A stretch of 64,000 nt of DNA from Raillietiella orientalis (Eukaryota), in assembly GCA_036172245.1 (NCBI GenBank), contig JAYWIR010000010.1, forward strand, positions 868,001-932,000, read 5' to 3'. The notes under the pieces are model-generated. The model saw only the letters and a list, made by a program, of their open reading frames with translations. It made no database searches and was not told the DNA's origin. The position numbers were made by a program, and so were the translations under genes. This document shows positions 50,200-63,229 of the stretch, in pieces (position 1 is the stretch's first letter; the number at the start of each line of letters is the position of its first letter).

Positions 50200-51060
50200 C
50201 CACGTTGACGGCAATTTGACTGCGGCCTCCGCGAGCGGCATTGCGCGTTGCAGGTTCGAGTCTCTCCGGGGGAAGGGCCGACGCCGAGCAGTGGAGGGCA
50301 CATCGCGGGTTTCGCGTTCCCCCGTAGGGTGACGCTGGTTGACCCACGGGCTTTCGGGTACTGTATTGGTGGAAGACGGAAACCGCCCGAATACCCCTGT
50401 ACCCTTTGACCCTCCGGGATCCTTCCAGGAATCAAAGAGTCCTTCCAGGTTCCCCTCCGGTTGTGAAAATGGGGCCGTCGCGTTCTCGTGGAGCTGGTTG
50501 ATTCCCCCTTCGGGGGAATTGCCTCTCCAGAGTGTCCAAGAAGCGCGCTGCTCCCTTCGGGGAGCGCTCCTCAGAGAAATCGGGAAGCGTCCCTTCGGGA
50601 TTCTCTTCGGAGGGAGGTTCCTTCCGAGGAGTAAGAAAGGAACGGACTCCCTCTCGGAGCCCTTCCTGGATTCATAGAGTGGTTCCCCGGGGTTGTCCCC
50701 TATAACTTCAAGAGTGACACGCACCCTCGGATGGCGTGGACAGAACCGAAGAGCTTCGTGAGCCCCCCTCCCCCAAGGAGAAGGGAGATTCTTCAGCACT
50801 CCTTGAGGACTGAAAGAGAGGGAAAAGATAGAAGGAAAGCAGCGGAAAAGGGAAGGATCCCTAAGATTTCCATGGACTCTTCGGTGTGTTTCCTCGCACG
50901 TTCCCTTCGCTGCTCGTTTCGCGGCAGCGCTCCCACTCCACCCGGCAGAGGAACTGCGGCCAACGCAGTGGACGCCCTTCATAACGAGGCGGCAAAGTGG
51001 CGACAGCCCTCGTTCAACGCGGTAGGGTCAGCTTCGCACGACGCTCAGGTTGACCTAATT
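50200..51060 (+). mobile_element. Tx1 5' part: tRNA-like head, 5' UTR and ORF1 start (ATG ~50872)
   Basis: B-box-like ggttcgagtc at 50253-50262. The UTR is the reverse-complement homologue of 15070-15800, followed by MDSSVCFLARSLRCSFRG..P. Confidence 0.7.
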
Positions 51061-51197
51061 TTGCGATGCGGTGTCTGTTCAGCAGCTTTCGAAAAGCCTG
51101 ATTTTTTATTTATTTATTTATTTTTAGCAATTTCCACGTTTTTGTAAAAAAGCTTCTTTTCACAGTTATAACTTTCATGTATCTTTTCTGAGGATGG

Positions 51198-52121
51198 CAG
51201 TCTCCCGTATGACGCGGGTGGCGCGAGTCTTCCGCGTTATACGAGGCCGACGCAAGTACCACAAGGGAATCTGTGAAAGATATCACATCCCAAAGGGTTA
51301 AGCCATTATGGCAGCAGAAAACTTAAACATCCCCTTCATCCTCGAGAAAAAGCGCCGCGTCTCGACGTGTCCTCAGCATCCCTGCTCTTTTGTCGATCAT
51401 GCCGGAGTTAAAAGAGCACACGCGTGCAAGTCTGGTCTGCTGAGGAATGCACCAGCTGAGGTTCGGGAGCTGAAGCGCGCAGAAGGCCTGAGGAATTCTC
51501 CGGTGGCTGAGAGCTGCCACAGAGAAAACATCTTAAGCACAGTGGGCGTCCGTATAGCGCCGCGGAGGATACGTTCCGCGTTATACGAACCCTATGGGAT
51601 TATGTACAGATACCATGGTGGAATCTGTGAAATTACATCGAGTGCTCCTCAAAACACCACGACAGTAGAAAACTGGAATATTCATTTCGCTCTCAAGCAA
51701 AAGCGGAAGAAAAAAAGGAAAAAAACTTTTAGGGCTTCGTCTATAATTAACCAATTGAAGCAATTGGATTATTTCAGCTCTGTCGTTGTCGCTCTCGAAA
51801 GGCACATTTTTGCCCTACTCTTTCACGGAAACTCGGACGATACGGAATTCAACCCGGTCCAGACGCGTGTTTATGACCTTTTCGGAAACAGCGGAGTCGA
51901 AGCTGCACCGCGAGATCGAAGTCCGCCCATGGCGTCACCTCGTACGGGGCTGATCCACACCGCGTTATACGAGCCATCCGTTCGTCGCGTTATACGAATC
52001 CGCCTCATGCAAGGGTCCACTATCGTATCATTCGTCATCAAATTATCTGCGAACGTGGGTTCACAACCGTGGGGCTCGTACAACGCGAAACTTATCTCCC
52101 GCGTTGTACGAAGGTCTACTG
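51198..52121 (+). mobile_element. pogo/Tigger-type internally deleted DNA transposon
   Basis: Ends cagtctcccgtatgacgcgg and ccgcgttgtacgaaggtctactg, with repeated subterminal cgcgttatacga motifs (~51233, 51577, 51961, 51986). FILEKKRRVS..AGVKRAHACK resembles a CENP-B-type HTH start. The TA TSD is not preserved. Confidence 0.7.
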
Positions 52122-52599
52122 CGGTTGCGTTCCCAAGGCTTCGGCGGGTCCTCCGCTCCCAGAGGGGAAAAGTTTGACGTCATCTCGCCCGCCACTCTTC
52201 AAAGGAGCACCTCTCAACCGACGAGGATGAGGAAGTGGCAACCGTTCGGGGCTCTGCTGACGGATGGGTGCCCCGAAGTTGGGTCGCGTTTCCGGCGAAC
52301 ACAAAACGTGGGACACCCTGCGCCCCTGCGGAAACGGTGCTCTCCATGTCGAAGAACGGTCGTTCCCCGACGACCGACTGCAGGCGGAACCTGTGCGCAA
52401 CGATGGCAACCGCAGACTTGGGTCAGCCGGAAACGAGTCTTCCGCCGGCCAGGCCCCGAGCGTGTTTTCTTCGCCCGAACGCGGCCGAACGGCGATGAAG
52501 GGCGGGAAGCTCGGCTGCAGGCCCTCGTTGATGGAAGGGCACCATGTTTCCCGGACCCCAGCTTCCTGCGGACTACGAAGTGCATCCGGGCCAGGAACT

Positions 52600-54890
52600 T
52601 GCCACCCGATCACGCTGGGACGTTCCTTGGACAAGAACTCACAACGGTCGTAGTAGGACACGTGTGGTCATACCACGCCCCATTTTAAAAGGGAGCTGTC
52701 GGCTACTGGAACGCAGAATGGCAACGTTCGCCTAGGCAGTGGGAGGGAGAGGAGGGGAGGAAGAGAAAAAAAGAAAAATCAAATGAAAGAATAAATAAAA
52801 GTAAATGGACCATGGAGAGTCAGGAAGTAGGGAAGGGATCTCTACCCTTACTGGACCTCTGGTGGGAGTCCTCTGCATCCACCCCAGGATGCTGGAGAAG
52901 TCCTTCCGAAAAGCTCCCCTGTGGGGCCATCTGACCACTACTCGCAGGAATCAAACGGCGATCTGGACGGCGTCCCTCCCGTCTCTCCCTCTGTCGGCTT
53001 CGCTCCAGGATGCCATGACCCCGCGGATGCAGCAAAGCGCTACTGGGGCTGCGGCTGGCGGTAGGGAGTCCCTCACGAAGAGGAGTGGCGAAAGGTCTCT
53101 TAGGGTGCCAATGGGATCCTTAGGGCCACTCCCAAAAGTTTACCCTATAGGAGCACTGTAGGGTGACACAGTCCACAAGTAGGTGTGGTATGTTAGGTTG
53201 GGTTAGGTCATTCCCATTCCTTTCCGCACCTGCAACAACCCAGGCTCGCCTTCCCAAGTGTCGAGTGGTGTTGGCGGGCACTGCACAGGAAGTCCCAGTG
53301 CAACGGCATAAGTGCAAACCCCCTGCCACTTCAGGAGGAGGGGGTCCCTCTGTCCGCAAACACCGGGGGCCACTCCGGGTCTTCACGATGAATTCCCAGC
53401 AGCTCGCCCAGAGCAAGAGCCGTGTGGGGTTGTACTCAGGGCCGTAGCGTTGATCAGCTGACCTGTTTTCCATTCCCCGACCTTCTTCCCGGAGATCTTC
53501 AACACAATCCCTCGTTTTGCCGCGATTCGCTGCCCAGATGTTCCCTGAGGGAGGGCAGCGTCGCAGCAAAGGAAGTTCTTCCTGCCCACGCGCTTTTTCG
53601 GGGATCCTCCAGGATCTCTCGGAGCGTGCAGTTGTTATGCCGCGCGAACAGGAATCTTCTCACCAGTTCCGCGCGTTGCTCGTGGATACTCGCCCACGTG
53701 CGAACTGTTTCCTGAAGCCAAGCACTACCGTTCGCGGGGCAGATGAAGATCCATCCCCGGGTTGGTCCTCGCGAGTTTGACCGAGCTTGAGGACGCGCAG
53801 CCAGCTGCTCGCTGGAAGCCTGCCGCAGGGACCTCCTCCCCGATGCGGGTCCGCTCTCGAGGGACTTTCCGAGGGCGACGGCGAAGAGGGTCGCTCGGGA
53901 GGAAAATCCCTGGAGTGAGCGAAAAGTCAGCGGCAGCAGGGAAAATAGGCCAGGAAGCTGGTTCGACAGAGGGCTTCGGGACCGAGGGGCTTGGGGAATG
54001 AAGGGACCGAAGAGGGCGTCCCCGGCGCCCCCCTGGTTCCTTCATCTGTGCCGGAGAAGTTTCGCGGGCAACGCCCCGCCAGGACCGGTCGCTCGCTTGA
54101 GCGCCCGTTACCGTGGCAGCACCTATCCTTCGAAGCGTCGCGAATGCGCTCGGCGTCCTGCCTGGTCCGGTGAGGCAGGGCGCGAGATGGGGACGGCGAA
54201 TTCCTCCTCCCATCTCTCCGTCGGATAAGGGCTGTAAAGATTGAGGGTGGTCTCTCCTCTGGCCTCCGCAACGTGCCTCGGCTGACTTGCTGCTCCAAAA
54301 ACACCCGCGGGATGTGCCTGTGAGCTTCGGCAGGACACCCGAGCTCGGAACTCGACCACGACTGGCGCCGATCCCGGCAACGGGTCGCAGTTGCGTTCGT
54401 CACCGAAAGCCGCAGCAAAAAAGGAAGGAGAAAAAGAAGAAGAGCAAATGGCCCTCCACGGTTCCAGGTGGCCGTCCATCAATTACACCTGCAGCATTGA
54501 GGCAGACCAGCGGCGCTCGTCTTCACCGTGGCCGCAGCAGAGGCGCGGCCACGGAGTATCGGCCGGCTTGGGACCACCTGCGGCGCGCTCCCCGCCTCGG
54601 CGCGAGAGGCTGCAAGACATTTCCTATGCCGACCCCGGGGGCGGTCCACGCCGGACGCGTCCCCCGGTGCCAGCTCCAGGGCAGCGAGATCCAAACTCAG
54701 GCTGCCTGCCGTCGGCGCTTCCTGACCGCGGTACGCGATGACCCATGGGCCTCCTGCGCGATCCTCAAGAGTCACCCCCAAACGTTCCCCTATAGGGGCT
54801 GTAGGACAACCCAGTCATCCTGGCAACTGCCTCCACCGGGATTTCCCACCGGTGGTGAATACAGCGCGCTGATGAACCCCGGCTCCCGCT
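52600..54890 (-). mobile_element. 5'-truncated Tx1 copy: RT, CCHC motif and 3' UTR
   Basis: RMTGLSYSPYRGTFG (~PDGL..EFY..FW) and IPHLLVDCVTLQ, a T-rich tract on the minus strand at ~52760-52805, and the family terminus at ~52600-52627. Confidence 0.7.
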
Positions 54891-55599
54891 GACAAACGAT
54901 GACGTCCGTTCCTCAGGAGCAGTTCCCAAAGCAGCAACGGCAGTTGATTTTCGCCTCGGCGGCGTGCCGTAGGTGTTCACATTCTTCCGTGAGTGATGGA
55001 CCATTTTTTTTTTTTTTCTTTTTTGCCTCACCTGCTCAGAAGAAGAGGCACAACCGGGGCGAGCGCAGGTACCTCCAAATTATGTAATGGCCGCGCGTTT
55101 TCCGTTTCCATAAATCATCCGCGGCCGCCGCCGTTCGGTCCGGACGCGCGAGCAAAAGCACGTGGAGAGCAGCAGCCTCCGACGTAATGAATGGAACGTT
55201 CGCGAAGCGAGCGCGCTCATTACGGTTGGTCACGAGAACAAAAAGGCCGCCGTCGCCGACGCCTCTCATGCCGAAATCACGGTTACGCGCGGAGTAGCCC
55301 GCGCGCGCCTGGGTCTACGCGGGCGAGGCCGCACCCACCGTGGACGACGGACGGCTCCATCTGAAAGCTCTCGCGGCCTCTTCCTATCTCACCTCCCTCC
55401 CTCCCTCCACGGCAGCGCCCCTTCCTTTCTCCTCCGGGAGTGGAATTCGCGCAACGTGACGCCCGCGAGGCGGTTCCGCGGCGACTCCTTCCCGATAGCG
55501 ACGAGCGTCTCGCCTGCAGCTGCCGTGGATGCTCCCGGCGGTGGGAACGGGCTGGCGCGACCTCCGCCTGTCCTCCTCCCGTGCGCCCACGATTGGTCC

Positions 55600-56600
55600 A
55601 CCGCCGGCGCACCTCGGTGCAGAGGTCCCACCGGAACTAGGGTGTTCATGGTTGGAGGAAGTTTCCAGATTTCACTCGCCCCCCTCCCTTCTCCACCATT
55701 TCCTTCCTCGAGTGTGCAGCAACCCACACATCCAAGTCGGATCTCGGAAGCGGAGAAGAAGAGCCCGATGTGTTCTTCAGAGACCGTACTCTGCGGCCGC
55801 ATCCGCCGACGCAGCAGCAGCAGCAGCCCCGTCCCTGTTTGCGACCCCGGAGGCGAGGGCGCGGAGCAGCCGCGGGAAAGGCGATTTAACCCATTCTTTT
55901 TGTCATCCGCGGCTCCTTCGCGGTTGGCCGAAGCGACCCCTACGGCCTCTCCAAGAAGGTGGGAGCCGGTCTTCCGTCATGGTTCTCCCCGGAGCCACGG
56001 AAGCGGTTGAAGGTGCTGATTTCGTCGCGCAGGGAACACGTGCCAATCGCCCTCACCGTCGAAGGGGCTCGTTCGCATCCGTTCCCATGGATACGGATGC
56101 TGCTCGAATGCGTCCTTCGCTCGGCGGAAGCTCCGGACAGTCAGCAGAACTCCGCGGGAGTTTCCGCATCCTCCTTTCCGCCCCCACCCAGGTGCTTTCA
56201 GGACCCACCTCTCACACCTGCGTCCACGCGACACCAGCGCCAGGAACCTGGAAGGGGCTCCCTGACGACCACTCGTGGAAGTCCTGTGGCGCTCCTCCTG
56301 CGCGCACGCCGAGAGCGTGGGTCCTGCCAGAGTGTTCCGTGATGACTCGGCAACCGGTTCGGTTCCTCCGCTGGCTTCCTCCTTGGCGAGATCTCAGGGA
56401 ACGGAAAATTCCCGTAACAGCAGCCGCCATCTGGCATGCCCGAGGGCAAGGCGCTTTCTCGCTTACAGGCCGGGGATGGCTAAAACGGCTCGCAAGCAGT
56501 CTCCCAGCAACCTGGATCTCGGGAGATGCGGCACCGAGCTGAGGTTTCCGGAGCAGACTGCGGATGCTCGTCCCGGCGCCACCGCCTGCTGGAATCGGCG
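55600..56600 (+). mobile_element. Tx1 ORF1 remnant (inverted duplicate of 33462-34050 with ~250 extra bp)
   Basis: Direct sequence identity to the 33.5-34 kb copy. Confidence 0.65.
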
Positions 56601-59600
56601 CCAGCCTGCGTGCTCTCCCGGTTTCCATTTCTAACGTCTCCTAAACGCGCAGTCTTTTTTTCGCGAAAAAATCAAGCTGTTGAGAGACGCCAACGAGCAG
56701 CGCGCGCGCCCCGGCCCGGAAGCTTTCGCCTCGAAGGGCACCTGCGTCCCCTTTTTCCGCTCGAAAGGATTGTCACTCCCGGAGCCGCGTTCGGGAATCG
56801 GGCGCGTGCATCTTCCCGTTTCCCGATGGAGAAAGACCCACCTTTTTCCCAGGGCCAGGAGCGGGAGTGGCGCGGGGTCGGCGATCGATCCGCGTTCGGC
56901 CAGGATGCCCCGCAAAGTGGCGCGCCACGGAGCCGCTCCGTGACCGGGAGGCGCGGTGCTGCCATGCACCTCCGGGCGGACCCACGCTCGTGAGCGTGAT
57001 CGCAGAAAGCGGAACCACCAACACCTCTACCCCCATCCCGGGAGATCCGAGCGCCACCTCCGGAGGCTGCTCCGACCTCTTCGAGCCGCCACCCGGAGGC
57101 CACTTTCCCTCTCGTTCCGGCATCGGCACGTCCTTCTTCAACGTATCGATCCGCTGGTGCCCGGCCTCACCATCTCGCTGATTTATTGTCGAGGAAGGAC
57201 TTCGGTCAGATAAAAACGGACATCGATGCAGACAAATACGTCTGTGCGTGCGTGCGTGTGCGTACGTGTGTGCGCGCGCGGAGGAAATGTCTGCCGGTGA
57301 CTGTTCGAGTGTCGTCCTTGAAACTCGAAAAACACAAAAAAAAAACAAAATACAAAAAAGAAAAAAATGATTAATGGCCTATTCCCCGAAAGAATCTCGC
57401 AACAATTAATTGAGAAAAAGTAGGTGTTCTGTTCTCTTCTTGCGTCGGTGCATCGAGTAGATATTAATCACCCCAAGGTGGCTATCAATTATGTCAACGA
57501 GTAAACGGTCCATATGAATAGCAAGCGTTCGTTAAATGACGGCGAAGAATCCTTCAGCGAGGGGTTGAGCTTCAGGTGCACTCGCAGCGGAGCCATGCAA
57601 CACCTCACCCACCCACACACACACATATATGTGCGTGTGCGTGTGTATATATAGCATGCGTGAGTGCATACATGATGACACTTTGCTGACGCGGCGCGGA
57701 GCCGAAAGCGGAGCGCGCTCCACCTTGCCGCGTTTCCGAGAGCGCCGGCCGTAAACCGCGCGTTCGAACCGGGACCGCGCCCTCCGCCCTCCGCCGGCGG
57801 GGGTCCTCATCCCGAGGATTGTCTAGAGGGCTTCCCCCGGGGAGGCGAGACACCACGACGGACCGGAAAGGCGCGCGTCTTTCAGCGGCGCGAACGAGCG
57901 GGCGATGTCTGGCGCGCCTTCCAGCCGCTTCGGCCCGATGTGTCAGCTCGGACACCGAGAGGCACGTTGTATCGCGCGCACCACCGGAACGGCGGTTGCG
58001 ATTCCCGGGCGTTTCCGGTCACCTCAGGGCGGGCAGCGTCCCGGGATCTCGCGGCAACGGGCGGAGGGGTGGCCCGCCTGCGTCGTAGCTGCGGGCGCAG
58101 CCGCGGAGGGGTGAGGACCACGCAGCGGGCGGCAGCCGCGCCCACGCGTGCGTTGCCGCCAGCTGCATGGCCGCGAAGCGGGTGGCCGCTGGGACGGAAG
58201 TCCCGTTCGCGGCTGCCCGCTTTGCGTGGGCACCTCGCCTGGGGGGTGGGCCAACTCGCTCGATACGCTGCCGCCCTCTTGCGCACTCCTCCAGGCGGCC
58301 GCGTTCCGGCGGTCTCGTGCGGGCCCGGCTGTATGAAGCCGCTACACGGAAGCAGGCAACCTCCGTGCCGGCGCGACGAAAGGGGATCGACCCCCCCAGG
58401 CAAGAAAGAGGGGGAGGCGCGTCTCCCTCTTTTCCAAGCTCGTTTTCCGGAGCGAAGCCACGGGACTTTGCAGGAATCCACCCTACCGTAATCTCTCTTA
58501 GTCGTCAGAGCTCCGGAAACATTCCCAAAAGTGCCCGGGCCTCAGCCCCAGCAGGGCTGCCAGGATGATGCTTAGTCAGCGGCTCCCAGCCCGAAAAAAG
58601 ACGGCCGCGGAAATGGGCCGGCCGGATGTGGTTTGATCCCGCGCGGGCAGGGCTGCGGTAGGAGGGAGCTGCTTCGGGGAGTGGTGGGGGCGGGGAGTCC
58701 GTTCGCAGAGAGTGCAGGGGGAGGCTCCGGCCCGGGAGAATTTCCCCTTCGCAGAGCGGCCGAGACTGACGCGCGGACGATGGCGCGTGGCCGGAAGAAT
58801 CCGCCGTAGTGGACCCGCCGGAACGAGGGGATTCGTTCTGACCCGAAGGCCCTTCTTCTTCAGAAGGCGCCGGAAAACGCCCGGCGGCGGAAGTTCGCCG
58901 CCGCTGTCCGCGCCTCATCGGCGGTGAATGTCCGCATGCCGACCTTCGCAGCTGCTGACCAGAAAGCAGCTGGCGTGGGGAAGGCCTGCCTACCTGGCTC
59001 CACTCGGAACCGCGTGCGGCTTCCGCGAAAAGTCGTCACGGGAGGCTGCGGCTAACTCAAGTTGCCCCCCCCCCCTTCCCCCGGATCCGGGCACGCGCGC
59101 ACGCGTGCGCCCGAATCCAAGGAAACCTGTCATTCGCTAATTATCGCCTTCTTTATTTTGCCCCGGCTCGGCAACCTGATGTCCCGGATGCCACGGGCAT
59201 GATGTGGGGGTCAGGCGCGGCCGGACAGCTGATAGCGCCAGAAAAAAGAAAAAAAAAGTCAGCTCACGCGGATTCACACTCCGGCAGCCCCGTCATCGCA
59301 GCGGTACCCGCTCTCCCCTCCCCAGGCGTGCTCGGAAAGTCCTCGGGACGCGGAGGAACGCACGTCCGCGGCCGGCTTTCCAGGAATCGACCAAACGAGC
59401 TGTGTTCCCGCGGCGTCCGGCTTCTGCGTGCCGCGTCTCGTTCCCAGGTGACCCCTCCGGAGCACGCGCGCGCGTCCCGGAGCCGTTGAGGTTAAAAGGA
59501 CCCCTTCAACCGCGGGAGCAGGCGGCCGCCGTGGGCCTAGTGGGACACGGAACTGGCTGGTCCCGTTGGTTCCGTAGCTTTCGGCCGGTGCTGCCACATG

Positions 59601-59639
59601 ACGCCAAGGAGTGCCAGCGGTGCAGCGGCTCTGCAAGCG

Positions 59640-60240
59640 GGGAGAACTCCTTTGAGCCTCGGCACGCGCGGCACCTCCTGTCGTGGGTTCAAATGCCACC
59701 GGGGACGGATCGACACGGAGCAGTGGAGGGCGCCTTGTAGGAGGTTCGATCCCTTCCTCCTCTGGAGGACGCTGGTAGGCCAGCAGGATTCGGATGCGGT
59801 ACTGGTGAAAGCCGGCAATCTCTGGATGCTCCCGTTCTCTCTGATCCTCCAGAGTCCTTCCAGGAACCAAGGAGCCGGTTCTTCTCCCTCGGCTAGCGAC
59901 CCTCCATCGCGTACTATGGAGCTGGTCCAAGAGGCATGCTGCTCTTTTCAGGGAGCGACTCTTCAGAGAAATGTGAGAGCGTCCCTTCGGGATTCTCTTC
60001 AGAGGAGGAAACCAGAAGCAGTTCTTTCCGAGAAATCCCTCCGAAGAGAACAGAGAAGAGGTGGCTCCCTACGGTGTTCTCTTACTCCGGAGATTTCCTG
60101 GACTCACAGGGTGGTCTATGCGGGTTCACTACCTCCAAACTTAAGAGTCCCACGCACTCCCAGGTGGCGTGGACTGCATCAAAGAGGCCCGTGAGCCTTC
60201 TGGAGTGCTTAGAGAACTCCTTCTCCAGCAGCTACCGGTG
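59640..60240 (+). mobile_element. Tx1 5' UTR with tandem tRNA-like head
   Basis: gtgggttcaaatgccacc (59683-59700) and ggttcgatccc (59743-59753); the body is homologous to 50280-50790. Confidence 0.7.
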
Positions 60241-62559
60241 ACACTGGTTAATTTGAGCCGTGCTGGACACTCATGGGGTTCCGTTAGGCTGGCGGGGAGT
60301 GGGCCGTATCATCATGACCTCTCGAAGAAGTGCTAAACTGAGGACGACATCCTGGGGATCCGCCGTTTCTCTCCTTAGTTCTTGAAGTGAGACCGTGTGC
60401 CGGACGCCGTCGGCTCTCTGTGCCTCAAGAAAGCAGGTCGAGGAGCCACCTGCATCCAGGAATGCATCCCGATCTTCCCAAGGGGCTCGCGTCTTCCTGA
60501 CGTGATCTCCGGCGTGATCCTCCCATGGCGTCTCCTGACTTGCCCGAGACGTTTTGGCTCCGCGAGATCTTGGCGGAAGGCGTCTGCATCCAAGGAAATG
60601 CGGAGCCTTTTGGGACGGGCCCGTAGCCCGTAGTCCCCCTCCTTCCCCCTCCGCACGCCGGCGACACTTCCGCCCGCACTCGAAGAAGAGTGCGATCTGT
60701 CTGCTCCGGCCGCCATGACGAAACGCGTGCGGTCAGCGCCGGCGGTCTTCGGGGGCTGCTGCCGTTCCTCCGAAGAGACGGTGGCGGCGGACTTCCGCAG
60801 CCTTTCCATCCGCTCCCATCTCCTTCGGCTTCGCCGTTCCGCTCCACGAAAGAAAGGAAAAACAAAAAACAAAAAGAGCGGAGCAGCGCGGTTCTTGAGC
60901 GGCGAGTGGAACCACCAAGAGTGACCACACATGGCGTCGAGCAGCTGCGTTCTCATCTCTCCGGCGCTGGGTCGCACCCGCGTGTCAGATTAGCTCACCC
61001 AGCCATCGGCGCGCCGCAAGAGAACGCTCCCGGCTCTCCCGCCGTAATTACCTGTCTCCAATGACAGAAACGGATAAGTCGCTCCTTTGTCATTATCTTG
61101 CCCGCCACTCAAGATGTGTCGCTGGGCGGCGGGACCGCGCATATCGTTAATTCGATGGTCGCTTCGAGCTATCCGCCACCTCCACGGACACACGCGCGCG
61201 CGCGCGCACACATGCACTCACACGTATGCACAAAAAAAAAAAAAAGAAAAAAACATGAAGGAAGGAAACAAGGAGAGAGAGAGAGAGAGAGGAGGAGGGA
61301 AGGGAAGCGCCCACACCTCTCGCGATCCTGCTCGGGTGTGTGGTGGTGGTGGCCGACAAGGGGGATGAGCGCGCTCGCGCGAGCTGCCCGAATTCCCCGC
61401 AGCGAGACGCCGCGGACCAGGAGATGGCCGCGGGGGCAACCGAGCGAGGCCGGGGTGAGGACCTGGACCTGCTCCCTCCCCCCCATCCTCCTTTCCATCC
61501 TCGCCGTCGCCGCGCTAGGCACCTCCTTCCCCGCGCGCGCCCGCCCCTTTTCTCCCCCCCCCTTCTCCCTCTCCGCGGCCTCCCTCTCGGTTTCTCAGGG
61601 AGGCGAGGAAAATCCGTGCGCGCGCGAACGGCCTCGTTCTCGCGCCCCGACTTTGCTACCGCGGTCGCGCGCGCGGTGGGGGATGCGGGAGGAGGCGAGG
61701 CAGCGACCAGGAGAGGCAGGAGAACTCATTAACGACTGCGGAACGTCAGCACGTTTTACCTGCTGTCAAACTTCACGCTAGTGACTCTGACGTGCCAGCC
61801 CGAGTGCTAAGTTTCGCGAGCATCCTTCATTTGTTACCGGGAAACAGTGATTAAAGCACAGCACTTAGTCATAAAGAGAATCAAAACTTCCCATTTCCTC
61901 GACGTCTTTATAACTCTCGTCTCCCCCTCTTCATTACATTATTTCTCTTTTCCCCCCCAAAATTACTACCGCTTTTCGACTGCCAAGAGCTGCGTGTGGC
62001 GAAAGGAAGTAAATTCTTCTCGTTTGCGATTATACTGTCACCTGAGGAGAGTAAGAGATTGTTACACGGGCTAACATGACGGCTAACTATAAATTCAATT
62101 CGCAAATGGCCGCGCGCTTCATACCTGGCCTCCATGGAGACGATTGTTTCGTTTCGTGGCGGGAGCTGCGCGTTGCCGCGGTGGGGAAGAGAGAGAAAAA
62201 AAGAAAAAACACGAAAAAAGCGAAAAAAAGAAAAGAAAAGAAAAAGAAAAAAGAAGGGGAAAAAAAGGAAAAAGAAAAGGAGAAAGAAAAGCTTGGGCTG
62301 TGCCGAAAAAAGATCACTTTTGTTTCAGCCAGCACGTGATCCGCCGGCGACGCAGGGAGGCGCAGTTGATCCTCTTCTCTTTCCCGCTCTCTCCCTTTTT
62401 TCCTCCTCTTTCGTGGGTGCCGTAACACCTGTTAAAAAACGAAAATAAGATGAGAAAATAGAGAGAGAGAGAGAGAGAGAAAGAGATCCGTTTGCAAATT
62501 GCCCTTATAGAAATGGTGATGATGGTCATTACGACGGAGCGGATCGAACCTGAAAGAAC

Positions 62560-63111
62560 GCCAGGAGAACCAGACAGCACGTTTCCATGGGCCCGTCGTC
62601 ATTCCGGGACGCCGGTGGAGACGTCTGGAAAGGGGGGACATCGGGCACGGCACTCAAGACGTTCGAGGAGCGAGGCCTTCAGCCGCGCACCCGTTGAGGA
62701 CAGGGGGGTCTGCGAAGAGGCCACTGAGTATCAGCTGCTGGCGGAAACAGCTTCAGGGACACGGTGAGGGCGGAGATCATTCCGCTGACCCACTCCCACA
62801 GAACCCTCCGGGCCTCGAGCAGTAAGCCGGGCCACTCCGCGCTCCATGCCGGCTGTCCTTTCTTCCCGCGCAGGCGTCGCCTGCAAGACCCGTCGTAGAG
62901 GAGGGGGCGCTCGACGCGAGGAGATGCTCGTCAGTGAGGGGACGTGGAGGCCTTGGGAACCTGGCTGAGAGAAAATGGGCAGCCGGGCGAGGCTCATCTT
63001 CCTCTGCGCGTTGCCTGCCCGGGCCAGACCTCGGTCACAGCAGCCTGGAAGGAAAGAGGCGAAGGATGACAGCAGCTGCTGCTGCTGCTCTTCCTCGCCT
63101 CCGGTTTCCAT
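62560..63111 (-). mobile_element. Tx1 ORF1 N-terminal remnant
   Basis: IFSQPGSQGLHVPSL resembles ..LPG...FDVSF. Confidence 0.35.
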
Positions 63112-63229
63112 AGTGGCTGCTACACCCTCAGGGAACGGCCGGTGCTAAGGCAAGTCGAGTGCCCCTGAGAGCACGAAGAGGTTGGCAGCGCGCACTGGCA
63201 CCTCCCGGGACGTGCATCCCGGGCCACCA

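Noticed and set aside
51198..52121. Repeated cgcgttatacga motifs as a CRISPR-like array
   Set aside because: They are short, irregularly spaced, in both orientations and clustered at the ends, which is typical of pogo/Tigger subterminal repeats. The context is eukaryotic and there are no cas genes.
51308..52177. 289-aa ORF as an intact transposase
   Set aside because: Only the start is HTH-like; there is no DDE domain and it reads through the subterminal repeats and TIR.
19133..59760. Functional tRNA genes at the B-box sites
   Set aside because: No complete cloverleaf or acceptor stem could be built, and all sites are embedded in repeats.
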